Source of the DNA: Macrostomum lignano
Lineage: Eukaryota
Length of the DNA: 39,307 bases
Assembly (NCBI GenBank): GCA_002269645.1
Contig: NIVC01004652.1
Location: 1-39,307 of the forward strand
Direction of reading: 5' to 3'
Every line of letters begins with the position of its first letter. Position 1 is the stretch's first letter. The notes under the pieces were generated by a model. That model saw only the letters and a program-made list of their open reading frames with translations, had not been told where the DNA came from and searched no databases. The translations under genes and the position numbers were made by a program. Below, piece by piece: positions 23,208 through 34,634 of the stretch.

Positions 23208-24405
23208 ATGTCCCGACAGCCAGCCAAAGGTCGCGCAGACCGCGGCAAAGGAGCCCAGTCCACGCCGAATCCGGCTGTGCAGAATGAAATCATTCCTGGA
23301 AAATTCACAGAACACGACTGGTAATGAATGCTCTTTCCCGTATCACCTACGCTGCGCCTCAATTTCTTAAATGATTTGTGTAAGTATTCCCTCCCCAAAC
23401 TCTCGCCAGGAACCTGGCCATGGGACCCAGCGAAAACGAGGAATTCGTGCTGGGCATCGTGAATGATGTTGTTGACACGGCGTTGAGCGAGATTTACGAG
23501 AAGTACCTGCAGCGACAGCTCATTCCCTACACTGTGTCGCTGGCCAAGGATGCTATGCTGCAAATTATTGAGGTATTTTTTGGACTTCTAATTCTGTAGC
23601 TTTTTATCGTACACGTGTTAATTTAATTATGATTTCAAGCCAAAGCAACAAAGTAGAAGCCCCACTGATTATTTGGAGTCCTTGAAGCTCATGAAGACTC
23701 ACCCCGCCTCCCCCTCTCGCCCCAGTGGAATTTTCTGTCCCACGACGAGGGCGAGAGCCCGGACCGCCTGACCGGCGAGGCCTGGTCCGAGGACCGCGAG
23801 CCGGCATCGGCCACCATCGACTCCTGGGGCCAGGGCTGCATCCCCAAGACGGTGCTCACGCCGCGTTCTTCGCGACTGTCAACCCCGGCTCCGCAGCCGG
23901 AGGCCATCGCTGAGGAAGACGACGCCGACCTCGTAGAAGCGGCGGCGGCGGCGGCCGAGTCATCTGGGGTAGATGAGGAAGCGGAATTCGCCGCGGCGAC
24001 TGCGGAGGCTGAGGCGGAGACGGCCACCGGCCCCGAGTCGGAGGAGGCGGCCCCGGCCGGAGCCTCAGCAGAGCCGGGCAGCTCCAGGCCGGGCGCCCGG
24101 TTCCGCTTCCGGCCGTACCGCGGCAAGCTGAAGTCGGCTGGCCTGTCGGCAATGAGCGAGACGCTTCTGGAGACCGAGCTGCGCCTGCGTGATGTCGATG
24201 ATCCGCGGCGTGGCGCGGCCGCCGAGGCAGCTGGAGGAGGCAGCGGCGGCGGCGGCGGCGGCGTAGGCGGCATGCCGACCTCCTGCCTGAGCATCCTGAA
24301 AGTGCAGGCGGGCCGGCCGCCCGGCAACAAGGAGGTGATCTACGACGAGGCCGGCAATGTTGTCAGCGTGGTGAAGATCCCGGCGGATCGCCTGCCCTCG
24401 CACAG
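23208..24405 (+). CDS. C2orf81: C2orf81/DUF4639-like protein, exons 1-3 (23208-23320, 23410-23572, 23726-24405)
   Basis: The spliced translation NEIIPGKFTEHDW...[33 protein letters not shown]...WSEDREPASATIDSWGQG matches the recalled C2orf81 N-terminal motifs (IVPGR..E.EW, IPFT..QA..AMLQI.EW.FL..DEGE, DSWAQG). All introns are GT-AG with consistent phases 2, 0 and 2. Confidence 0.82.
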
Positions 24406-24469
24406 GTGAGTGAGGAGAGAGTGAGTAGCGCTGAATGGTGTTTTCGCCATAGAGTAAATGGCTGTACTA

Positions 24470-24720
24470 AAGGGTTGCCGATTTCCGATCCCACCCGGAA
24501 CAATTTGTGTCCTTGAGCAAGACACTTAACGATCTGCATTGCTTCAGTTCACCCAGCTGTAAAATGGGTGCCAGCATTAGCTGGGGCAATTGAGGCTGTG
24601 TGTGGCGACCACCAAGTCCTTGGACTGAAAGCCGTACGCAGCCTTCAGATACGCCGCGCAATAGCTGCGGCTGAGCTGTCGATTGCACATCTGTCTATTA
24701 GGGAAGGTGCAATAAAAAAA
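24470..24720 (+). mobile_element. CORE-SINE copy 3, with a truncated or degenerate tRNA head, in intron 3 of the C2orf81-like gene
   Basis: GGAACAATTTGTGTCCTTGAGCAAGACACTTAAC...GCTGTAAAATGGGTGCCAGC...GCTGAGCTGTCG matches copies 1 and 2 and ends in AATAAAAAAA. Confidence 0.85.
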
Positions 24721-25259
24721 TTAATACTTTCTCACAGCAGCTGACACAGTACGGGCGAATTTAAATTTACATAACTACTATAGTAAGAGGCCTTTATGGT
24801 TTAAAGCATTGATGTGACACATCTATAGGGCAAATGCTATCCAACTACTTTTCCAAAATAAAACTTCATAGTGCGGACTGGCTTTCCCGCTTGAGAACTG
24901 TGATTATTTTGCAAGCCAACCTGAAAAACACATACGCAGCTCCACTTCGCTGCCAGACCGACTCAGGCCAGCCAGTGGTAGCTCAGAGCCCAGGTAACAA
25001 TCCACCCAGGTAGCAACTGGCTCCGGTGTACTCTCTTTGTCGGAAGTCACTTTTTGCGTTTTTCACGGAAGTCACTAAAATATTTAAACGAATAACACTA
25101 ATATTATACCGCAAAAAACAGCCACAATTAATTGTTACAAATTCTCCCATTCAAAATACCAGAGCTAACTTCAGTTTAACAATTATGGAATGTCTCTACT
25201 CTGTATATTTTAGTTATTTTTTACTATCTACATGTATTTTATCGCTACTTGCATTTTGC

Positions 25260-25654
25260 GTGCATCACTTCCATTGTTTATCTATGGCTTGTGCATCACT
25301 TCCATTGTTTATCTATGGCTTGTGCATCACTTCCATTGTTTATCTATGGCTTGTGCATCACTTCCATTGTTTATCTATGGCCTGTGCATCACTGCCATTG
25401 TTTATCTATGGCTTGTGCATCACTGCCATTGTTTATCTATGGCTTGTGCATCACTGCCATTGTTTATCTATGGCTTGTGCATCACTGCCATTGTTTATCT
25501 ATGGCTTGTGCATCACTTCCATTGTTTATCTATGGCCTGTGCATCACTGCCATTGTTTGTCTATGGCCTGTGCATCACTGCCATTGTTTGTCTATGGCCT
25601 GTGCATCACTGCCATTGTTTATCTATGGCTTGTGCATCACTGCCATTGTTTATC
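25260..25654. repeat. 31-bp minisatellite (TGCATCACTKCCATTGTTTATCTATGGCYTG), about 12.7 copies, intronic
   Basis: Direct reading. It ends 11 nt before the exon 4 acceptor. Confidence 0.95.
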
Positions 25655-25665
25655 GATGCCCGCAG

Positions 25666-26152
25666 GGTGAACGTCGGCTATCGCGTGCTGCAGGCGGAGC
25701 TGGAGGCAGAGAAGGCTCGCCTAGAGGCGCTCAAACGCGGAATTCGGGTACCGCAGGCTGGCGCGGGCGGGGCGCCGACAGCGGCTGGCCGGCGGCAGGT
25801 GGCAGCCTCCTCGGATCCGCGTCTGCCGCAGCAGGCGCCGAGCGGCCCGGCGCCCGACCCGAAGGTGGAGGCGCTGCCGCCGTCGCTAGTGGAGACCATC
25901 GACCTGGCGCCAGGCGTCAGCGTTCGCGAGGGCGGCCTCGTCCGCTCCGGGCCGCCGGCGCAGCGGAACGGCAACGAGAAGTTCGCCGAGATCCACCTGA
26001 AAGGCCTGCGGCCCGTGCAGGCCCGCCTGGCCGCTGGCGAGCCGCCGAAGGTGACGGCGACAGACCTGCTGCCTGCGGGCAGGGTGGCTGTGCGGCCGCC
26101 CATCAACGGCCGGCAGCCGATCCCGCCCATCCAGCCGGCCGCCGCCCGCTGA
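25666..26152 (+). CDS. C2orf81: C2orf81/DUF4639-like protein, exon 4 (full protein 480 aa)
   Basis: Acceptor CCCGCAG|G (phase 2) completes HR-VNVGYRVLQAELEAEK. It includes LVETIDLAPGVSVREG and ends at TGA 26150-26152. Confidence 0.78.
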
Positions 26153-26937
26153 CCGCTGTCCCCCCCAGCTTCCCTCGCCGCCTACGCTTTCCCGATTCCC
26201 AAAATCTCCCTAAGCCTAATCCTAATGTGTTGTAAAATTCCTTGATTGTCAGTAAGGAAAACGGTTCAAGACTGACAGACTTTCAGCTAAATGCTTCACT
26301 GTCAGTAGTTTGCCTCAAACATGCTGATTTAGATATATTCTAGTGGGATACTGGAGCCACTTTTAAGCTAGTACATTTTTTTAAACATTATTTTAATTAA
26401 CCAGCAGAGAAGCACCCGTGGAACATCAAGTTTTGCGCCAACGTGCAATTAACATAGAACACTTAAATCGGTCTTGAACTAAGGGCGTCTAATTAGAAAT
26501 TTCAACTGTCCTACTTTAAGTAGCATGTCTGATATAATTTTTCCGTTACAAATAAATCACGGAAAAAGTCCTTTCGTGGAATTGTTTCGTTGAACATGCT
26601 ATCGAACTGTTATTTGAATTATTGTTTTCCAGACCCCCCCCCGAGCTCACTGTAAAGAACCCGATGGGAATTTGTTCTCGTCAGATGCCCTTTTTTCGAT
26701 CGTCCCAATCTGTTATTCTTAACTTTATTCGCTTGTGCCTGAATAATTAAAAATAAACCAATAAATTCTATAACAGCAAAAGACTGCTGTTACACAAGTT
26801 TACAATTGTAACTCGCAAGTACGCCTTGGATGGCACCATGAAGCTTTCATTCGTGACGCTCCATTTTAATAACTGAGACTGCTGCAATCAGATCTACAAG
26901 CAGTTCGTGCTCGAAAGACCGACTCTGGCAACCTGCG

Positions 26938-27261
26938 ATGTCCAGAGTCTATACAATGTCCAGAGTGTATACAATGTCCAGAGTCTATACAATGTCCAGA
27001 GTCTATACAATGTCCAGAGTCTATACAATGTCCAGAGTGTATACAATGTCCAGAGTCTATACAATGTCCAGAGTCTATACAATGTCCAGAGTCTATACAA
27101 TGTCCAGAGTGTATACAATGTCCAGAGTCTATACAATGTCCAGAGTCTATACAATGTCCAGAGTCTATACAATGTCCAGAGTGTATACAATGTCCAGAGT
27201 CTATACAATGTCCAGAGTCTATACAATGTCCAGAGTCTATACAATGTCCAGAGTCTATACA
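26938..27261. repeat. 18-bp minisatellite (ATGTCCAGAGTCTATACA), 18 copies with a 4-unit (72-bp) higher-order period
   Basis: The GTGTAT variant occurs in units 2, 6, 10 and 14. The last unit merges with the TA|CA of the Tc1/mariner end. Confidence 0.95.
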
Positions 27262-27522
27262 CCATTTTAATTCCTATTTTGAACAAAGTCTTGTTCAAAA
27301 GAAACAAGCAAAACTTCAATTCAATTACTTTAAGAAATAACAGCCCTTGCGGAAAGTCAATTCAAACAAAGTCCCTTTCTATTGAAACAGACGAACTTCA
27401 ATTCAGACTGTCTGTGGCCAAAATTGTCCCCGAGTGACGCGCATGCGCAGATTTGAAATTCAAAAGAAACAAAGTCACATTCTATTTCGACAGAGGGATA
27501 AGACACAGCATATCGACGAACA

Positions 27523-27747
27523 TGTAGGCACCTGCTGCCCAGTGCTTGCATAATAAGTGTTTTTAGTCCTGGTGTGCATTTCCGATGTACATCCAATATT
27601 CTTGGCTTTCTGTTTTTAATGTACGCAGTCTCAACTGCAGGGTCGCTGCTAAATATATAAATCGATCGCACAGAGCCTACAATGGATTGAGGCTTTATCG
27701 GCTACACACAACACATAACTTTCTCTCTCTCGGCTTCGCTCTCTACA
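27523..27747 (+). repeat. 5' LTR (225 bp)
   Basis: TGTAGG...CTCTACA, containing a TATA-like ATATATAAA and followed by the PBS. Confidence 0.97.
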
Positions 27748-27785
27748 GTGGCGTCGCAAGCCGCCTACCGCGCGGTAAACAAATC

Positions 27786-30700
27786 ATGGCAGCCAACTTT
27801 CTCTCACTGCCCCCACCTGAGCCATTCTCAGTATCAGCAGACCCACACAACGCGGGCAAGCGCTGGAGTCAATGGGCGGACCGCTTTGAAGACTTCATCG
27901 ATGCATCAGGCATCACCAACGAGAAGCAAAAGTGCAAACTACTCAGCTACACAGCAGGCAAGGAAATCGCCGACATCATCCGCGAGGAGGCCAAGCCTGC
28001 AGCGGCCACAGAGGACGGCTAAGTCACCCTCAAGCAGACGCTGGACGCTTTGAAGACATTCTTCAACGGAAGAAAGAACATAGTATTCGCCAGATATCAG
28101 TTCCGCCTATGCACCCAGGCCACCGGAGAGTCCATCGAGTCCTGGTACGCCAGACTGCGCACTGCGGCAGAGCCGTGCGACTTCGAGCAGCTGAAGGACT
28201 CGCTCATCAGAGACCAGCTCGTGGCAACCTGCAGCTCTGACAAGCTGCGCAGGCGGCTGCTTCAGGAGGCGAACATCAGCTTGGAAGAGGCCTTGCGAAA
28301 GGCGAGGGCATTCGAGGCTGCTGAGGAACAAGCCACGGAGATGGAGAAGACAGACTCGCACGTGGCCAGCGTTGCCAAGGGCGACAAGGTGAGAACGAAC
28401 AGGCGTGGCCCGGCTCAGACGACCAGCAGGCCCGGCGACCAGCAGCAGCGCACCTGCTACCGCTGCGGCGAGAAAGGCCACGCTACCTGCGACGCTGCCA
28501 AGGGCAAGATCTGCCACAACTGCGGTAAGCCCAACCACCTCGCTCTTGCCTGCCGTCAGCCTCGGCAGTCAAACAGCAGCCGGATTCCACAGCAGCAAAT
28601 CAGCACCAATGCTGTATTCACAGCTGCCGACGGCTCCGTCAACGAGGATGTGTTTGCGCTGTACAACCGCGACAAATACCCATCCGACGTCTCACTGACT
28701 GTGCAGGTGGCAAACCGGCAGCTTCCCATGATGATTGACAGCGGAGCCAGCTGCAGTATCATGAGTCTCGGCACCTTCAGAGCGCTCAGCCTGCCAAGCC
28801 CACGCCCTACAAGAGCCGAAGTTCGCGCCTACGGGGTACCGACACCTCTCAGGATTGTGGGTACCGCCGATCTTGACATCCAAGTGGGATCTGCCAGAAC
28901 AACCGCGACCTTCCACATCATGGACGGCGACGGCCTGACGATACTGGGGCGTCAGCCCGCATTCAAGCTAGGAGTGCTGAAGATCCAGCGACCTGAAGCT
29001 ACCAAGCCGCAAAACATAAACGCCATCGCCGACACCACACCCTCCAAGCAGTGTAGCGACCCCCAGCTCAAGGCCATCCTGCAGAGGCACAAAGAAGTCT
29101 TCAACGGCATCGGCTGCATCAAGGGTGTAGAGGTCCAGATCCAGCTGTCCGATGACGCTGTTCCAGTCTGCCAGGCGCCCTCACGTGTGGCGGCGCACCT
29201 GAAAGAGGCCGTAGTTGACGAGCTCAAGGCTTTGGAGGAGCAGGGCATCATTGAGGCAGTCAAAGGTCCTAGCGCCTGGGTGTCACGCATGGTGGTGGTG
29301 CCCAAGGACGACGGTGGCGTTCGAATCTGCCAGGACCTCCGTGATCTCAACGCTTTCGTCATCCCAGAGAAGCAGCAAATCCCCACGCTGGATGAAATCA
29401 CCGAGGAAATGGCAGACGCCAAGCTGTTCAGCGAACTCGATATCCGGAAGGCTTTTTATCAGATCCCAGTCCACGAGAGCAGCCGTCACCTCTTCACCTT
29501 CAGCACGCCCCTCGGACTGATGCCGCTCAAGAGGCTCAGCATGGGGTTCACAAATGCCTCGGAAATCCTTCAACGAGTCATGCTTGGCATCCTCAGCGGC
29601 ATCGACGGCGTCCGGTGGGCGCACGACGACGTGGTGGTATACGCCTCCGACCTGAAGCAGCACCATGAGAGGCTGGACGCCTGCCTTCAACGCCTCCGAG
29701 AGTTCGGGATCACCCTCAATCAGGACAAGTGCAGGTTCGCCCGGCCGACTGTCGAGTTTCTCGGGATGCGCCTGACCGCCCGGGGCATGCAACCGGCCAC
29801 CGAGAAAATTGACGCCATGCAGAACTTCCGAGAGCCCTCCAACGTGGCCGACGTCCGCTCTTTCCTGGGAACCGCTAACTTCCTGGCAAAGTTCATCCCA
29901 AACTTCGCTGACCTCGCGGCCCCACTCCGGCAGCTGACGAAGAAGGGCCAAGCCTGGGAGTGGACAGAAAAACACACAGCGGCGTTTAACGGCATCAAGA
30001 AGGCATTCTCAGACGCGGACACGCTGGCCTTTTTCGACCGCAGGCTGCACACGGAGCTCCTGGTGGACGCATCGCCGATCGGCCTCGGCGCCATCCTCAC
30101 GCAGCGGCAGCCAGACGGCAACAGCAGACCCGTCGCCTACGCCAGCAGAGCCCTCTCGCCGGTGGAGCAGCGGTACGCGCAGATCGAGCGGGAGGCGTTG
30201 GCCATCAAATTTGGGTGTCTAAAGTTTGAGCACTATCTGGCTGGCGACCCAGACTTCACCGTGGTGACGGACCACCGACCACTCGTGCCGCTTTTCAAGC
30301 CTGGCTCCCGTCCGCCACCGCGGATCGAGCGAATGGCACTGCGCATTCAGCATCTCCGCTTCAACCTGCTCTACCGGCCAGGCTCGACCAACCCGGCTGA
30401 CCTGCTGAGTCGGCAGCCACTGCCAGAGCGGCGTCGGAATGTAGGTGAAGAGCTCGACGCCGCCTTCATCAACGCCGTGTCGACCGGGGCCGTGCCAAAG
30501 GGCTTCAGTCTCGACCAGGTTCGGGAAGCATCGCGCACCGACAGGGACGTCCAGGCGGCGCTGAACGCGATTCGAACCGGCCGCTGGGACATGCGAGCGG
30601 CAGCCCAGCGCTCCTTCAAGTCCATCAGCGGCGAACTGTCAGAAAGCGACGGAGTATTACTCCGCGGTGACCTCATCGTCATCCCCGAGTCGCTGCGCAG

Positions 30701-31865
30701 GCCGATCCTTCAACTGGCGCACACCGGTCATCTGGGCGCCGATCGCACCCTTAAACGCCTGCAGACGAAGGTGTGGTGGCCTCGGATGCGCAGCGACTGC
30801 GAGCTCTTCGTCCAGTGCTGCACACTGTGCCAGGCTGCGGCCACCGGATTGCGACAGACACCATTGAGGCCGACAGATATTCCGGACGGTGCCTGGCTGC
30901 TACTAGGTATGGATTTCTACGGCCCAGTGCAGGGCCAGATGCTCCTGGTCACCACCGACTTGTATTCAAAATACCCAGAAGTCAATTTTCTCAACTCGAC
31001 GACGGCGGAGAGCGTGATCCCCCACCTGCGGAGGCTGTTCGGCAGATACGGCGTCCCGATTGAGGTGGTCACCGACAACGGCCCGCCATTCAGCTCGGCA
31101 GCTTTCCGCAGCTTCCTCGCTTCGTACGGCATTCACCACCGCCTCATCTGCCCGCTGCACCCAGAATCCAATGGAGCGACGGAGCGAGTCAACCGCAGCA
31201 TCGGGAAAGTGATTCAGACGGCAGTGGCCGAAGGTCGTAACTGGCGGGAGGCTATCGAGGACTGGCTGTTGGCGTTCCGCACGACACCACATCGAGCGAC
31301 CGGCCGCGCACCTGCTGAGCTACTCATGGGCAGGACGATGAACGACGGCATCCCGACCATCAAACCATCACAGCTCATCGACGTTAACCATGAAGAGGTA
31401 CAGAGCTGGCACAGAAACTATGTCCAAGACATGAAGGCGCGCTTCGATGATCGCAAGGGTGTCAACGAGCACGGCGTCAGAGTCGGCAACAAAGTTCTGC
31501 GAAAGAAGCAGCAACGTAACAAACTGCAGCTGCCGTTCGAGCCACATCCTTGGACAGTCAAGCAGGTCCAGGGAGACACGTGTGTCCTGCAACGCGGCGA
31601 ACAGTCCTGCATGCGCCACGTCTCGCAGCTGCGGCCCCTGGTCGGAGAGCCTGCCGGCCAGCCTGCCGGAGAGCCTGCCGGCCAGCCTGCCGGAGAGCCT
31701 GCCGGCCAGCCTGCCGGAGAGCCTGCCGGCCAACCTGCCGGCGAACCTGCCGGCCAACCTGCCGGCCAACCTGCCGGAGAGCCCGCCGGTCTACCCAGCG
31801 GTAGCATCGCCACGCGAGAACATCCAAGAGCTGCCCGTAACAGAGTGCTCAGCTACAAATTGTGA
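27786..31865 (+). CDS. Gag-Pol single frame (1359 codons) interrupted by one in-frame TAA at 28020-28022
   Basis: ATG 27786 (MAANFLSLPPPEPF). Gag has FARYQFR and zinc knuckles CYRCGEKGHATC and CHNCGKPNHLALAC. Protease MIDSGAS. RT ELDIRKAFYQI and WAHDD. RNase H VDASPIGLGA, EREALAI and TDHRPL. Integrase HHCC (HTGH...C..C) plus DFYGP/TDNG/NGATER. Confidence 0.93.
31650..31793 (+). repeat. 12-bp in-frame repeat (PAGE/PAGQ, 12 copies) in the integrase C-terminal tail
   Basis: CCTGCCGGCCAG/CCTGCCGGAGAG alternating units. Confidence 0.95.
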
Positions 31866-31982
31866 TCCTAGGGTTTTTGTGCGTGGGCGGGCCGCTTTGA
31901 TTGCTTTGGGGTTTGGGCCGGTAGTAACTGAGTAATTGAGCTCGTTTTTTTATCCCCTGAGATCTCTCTGGTTGGGGAGAAT

Positions 31983-32207
31983 TGTAGGCACCTGCTGCCC
32001 AGTGCTTGCATAATAAGTGTTTTTAGTCCTGGTGTGCATTTCCGATGTACATCCAATATTCTTGGCTTTCTGTTTTTAATGTACGCAGTCTCAACTGCAG
32101 GGTCGCTGCTAAATATATAAATCGATCGCACAGAGCCTACAATGGATTGAGGCTTTATCGGCTACACACAACACATAACTTTCTCTCTCTCGGCTTCGCT
32201 CTCTACA
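31983..32207 (+). repeat. 3' LTR (225 bp)
   Basis: Identical to the 5' LTR, preceded by the PPT and followed by the TSD GAACA. Confidence 0.97.
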
Positions 32208-32268
32208 GAACATAAGAGTAAAATGAAAAACAGGAACAAGACAGTGTCAGTTGGCCAACTTGAGACAC

Positions 32269-32735
32269 CTAACCATCAATTGCCTGTCCACCAACGCAGC
32301 GAGGTACGTATGTAAACACATGGTTGAATCACCCAGTGCATTTGTCCACAGAGATGCCGCCAATGGTTCTGTCCACCATGTTGTACAGAATGTCTCGCCG
32401 ATAGGCCGCCATTGACTGATTCCCGTGCTGCTCAGCTATCGGAGTGATGAAATTTTGCTGGTCTGCTGCCAGTTTTCTCTTCAGAGTGCCCTTCCAACAG
32501 GAGATTGAGTTCTCCACAGGAATCAAAAATGGACTGTATGGTGGAAGCCACTTGACCTGAATGGTGTCCAGAATCTCGTAGGCTGCTTTTCCGCTCTCCC
32601 TGACCTCACGATCGTGTTCGCTGTTGACCTCTTGACTACAAGTTGGCGCGCCAGTTCCACAAGTCATCCCCAACAATCAGCAGCCCTTATGATACGGTCT
32701 CTGTCACTGTTGCTTAAACAATAGTGCAAACTATT
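32269..32735 (-). pseudogene. Internally deleted Tc1/IS630-type transposase remnant (N-terminal HTH fused out of frame to the C-terminal DDE end)
   Basis: The minus strand reads ...DRDRIIRAAD...ELARQLVVKRSTANTIVRSG (HTH-like) and, in another frame, VKWLPPYSPFLIPVENSISCWK (the LPPYSPxLNPIE motif). It continues DKCTG*FNHVFTYVPRC...GQAIDG*, where the internal TGA is probably a mutated TGG. Confidence 0.8.
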
Positions 32736-33662
32736 TGGAACTGGCGCGCCAACTTGGAGTCAAGAGGTCAACAGCGAACACGATCGTGAGGTCAGGCCAG
32801 GCAATTGATGAGATGACAACTTGGTGTCTCAAGTTGGCCAACTGACACTGTCTTGTTCCTGTTTTTCATTTTACTCTTATGTTCGTCGATATGCTGTGTC
32901 TTATCCCTCTGTCGAAATAGAATGTGACTTTGTTTCTTTTGAATTTCAAATCTGCGCATGCGCGTCACTCAAGGACAATTTAGGCCACAGACAGTCTGAA
33001 TTGAAGTTCTTCTGTTTCAATAGAAAGGAACTTTGTTTGATTTGAATTTCCTCAAGGGCTGATATTTCTTAAAGTGTTTGAATTGAAGTTCTGCTTGTTT
33101 CTTTTGAACAAGACTTTGTTCAAAATAGGAGGTAAAATGGTGTATTAAAATTATTTTTTATTTAGCTCTGTGAGCATAAGACTTGGGATGCCTTTGTGCG
33201 AGTAGTGTATGATTATCATCAGCAGAGTGCGTTTGAGAGAAAGAAATCGTCTATCTAGTGTAAATAAGATCTATGGACAACACACATTTTTTTAATTTGT
33301 CACAAAAGCCCACGCTTTCAAGTCCTGCATTGGGGCAGAGCAGTTCAGTGGAAAACGCGGCGCCTGACTCTCTCGCGCCACGACCTGTTCGGCCACATTC
33401 ATTCGGGGCTTTTTGTGTGCTCGAACATTGGCCAGAGATAATTCACTTTGTACTGCGGCAATAGGAACAGTGCGACCGCTGCTTTTCGTCAGTAAAAAAA
33501 AGCTTAAAAAGCCGACATGGGTGCTTAAATTTTGAGTTCAGTAGCTTAGGGACGTAGTCGCTATTTTTTTAAGAAGTTAATAGAACTTCTAATTAAGTTG
33601 GAGTAGATCAAAGATCATATATAAGATCTATGGAGTAGATAAGTTCAACACACAGTGAATAG

Positions 33663-33833
33663 ATTTCGACTATCAGCAGAGCTCTGGAAAAGCGGAAGAA
33701 AATTGTTGGTAGAGACGCTGTTGTTGACATTCCAGCGGTACTCAACAACCCACAGACGGTTGCGAGAAGGCAGCAGTTTGTCCAGTGGCTCACGAGCGTT
33801 CAGACCAAATTGATTATTGTTGTACCAAATTAA
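33663..33833 (+). pseudogene. Possible degenerate Tc1/IS630-like transposase fragment
   Basis: ISTISRALEKRKKIVG...PAVLNNPQTVARRQQFVQW resembles the linker region preceding the first catalytic Asp in these transposases. No DDE residues are visible. Confidence 0.28.
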
Positions 33834-34634
33834 ATGCCGCTGTGCCAGCCTTGCTACCATAGACAAAAGCTCCGTTGCATTGGCAAACGTATCTTGAATT
33901 AAATTCAATGCGCGTAAGCCCAAATGGGCTGCAAAAAGCAAATATTAGAGACCGGCTCAATGTTAAACTCGAGGTTTTCTTGGACTCATGGTTGCAACTG
34001 TATGAAAATGTCATTCTGCACCATTTTCCAAAATTTGATTCTGCCGCTCAGCGTCGGATCGACGCATTGAAAGAAGAGGCTACTGTATTATGAGATAAAG
34101 ACGCACATGTATGCTTAAGAACGACCAGCAGTTAACTATTGTTAGCACTGACAATAGGGAAAGTTTAATATACGAGTTATTTAATGTTTGTCATGCCCCG
34201 ATTTTAAAAGAAGATTTTAGTTTAACGGACTGACCAATTAAAGTTTTATTGAAAATAGAATAAAAATTCTTCGGCCAAGAACATTTTTTGCTAGCTTTTA
34301 GAAGACTAGTTTGCCAATAGCATGCCACTCAAAGTTATTCTTCTTTAAAACTGTGTTAATGGCGTCTAGCGTCGTGTTTTGTGTACGCGGTTGAGACCGC
34401 TGCGTGCTGTTGCCAACCACTCAGTGATGAGTCCCTCCCAGACTGACCCCCTCTTGTCTATACAGTACTGTGTGTTAGCTCTCATGCTAGTGAGGTTAGC
34501 ACAAAACCACACCTGCGGTACAGCTCATTAGCCAAGCATATCTAAAATGCAGTATCAAAAAGTAGTTAAACTAATTATAGGAATGCAAAGTTGATTTTCC
34601 ATACAAGATTTATCAATTAACACGACAGCCTTTT

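Larger units (their letters stand above)
27523..32207 (+). mobile_element. Full-length Ty3/Gypsy LTR retrotransposon (4685 bp), no env
   Basis: TG...CA LTRs at 27523-27747 and 31983-32207 (225 bp each, identical on reading). 5-bp TSD GAACA at 27518-27522 and 32208-32212. PBS TGGCGTCGC at 27749. PPT GGGGAGAA at about 31974-31981. Domain order is PR-RT-RH-IN. Confidence 0.97.
27260..33142. mobile_element. Non-autonomous Tc1/mariner (IS630-like) DNA transposon derivative with about 340-bp inverted arms, interrupted by the LTR element; about 1.19 kb without it
   Basis: The ends are TA|CACCATTTTA at 27258-27260 and TAAAATGGTG|TA at 33142-33144. The left arm (27260-27522 plus 32213-32285) is the slightly diverged reverse complement of 32797-33142. 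A transposase remnant lies inside. Confidence 0.85.

Noticed and set aside
28107-31827. Antisense and alternate-frame ORFs over gag-pol and over GC-rich host exons
   Set aside because: These are shadow ORFs caused by high GC3 codon bias.
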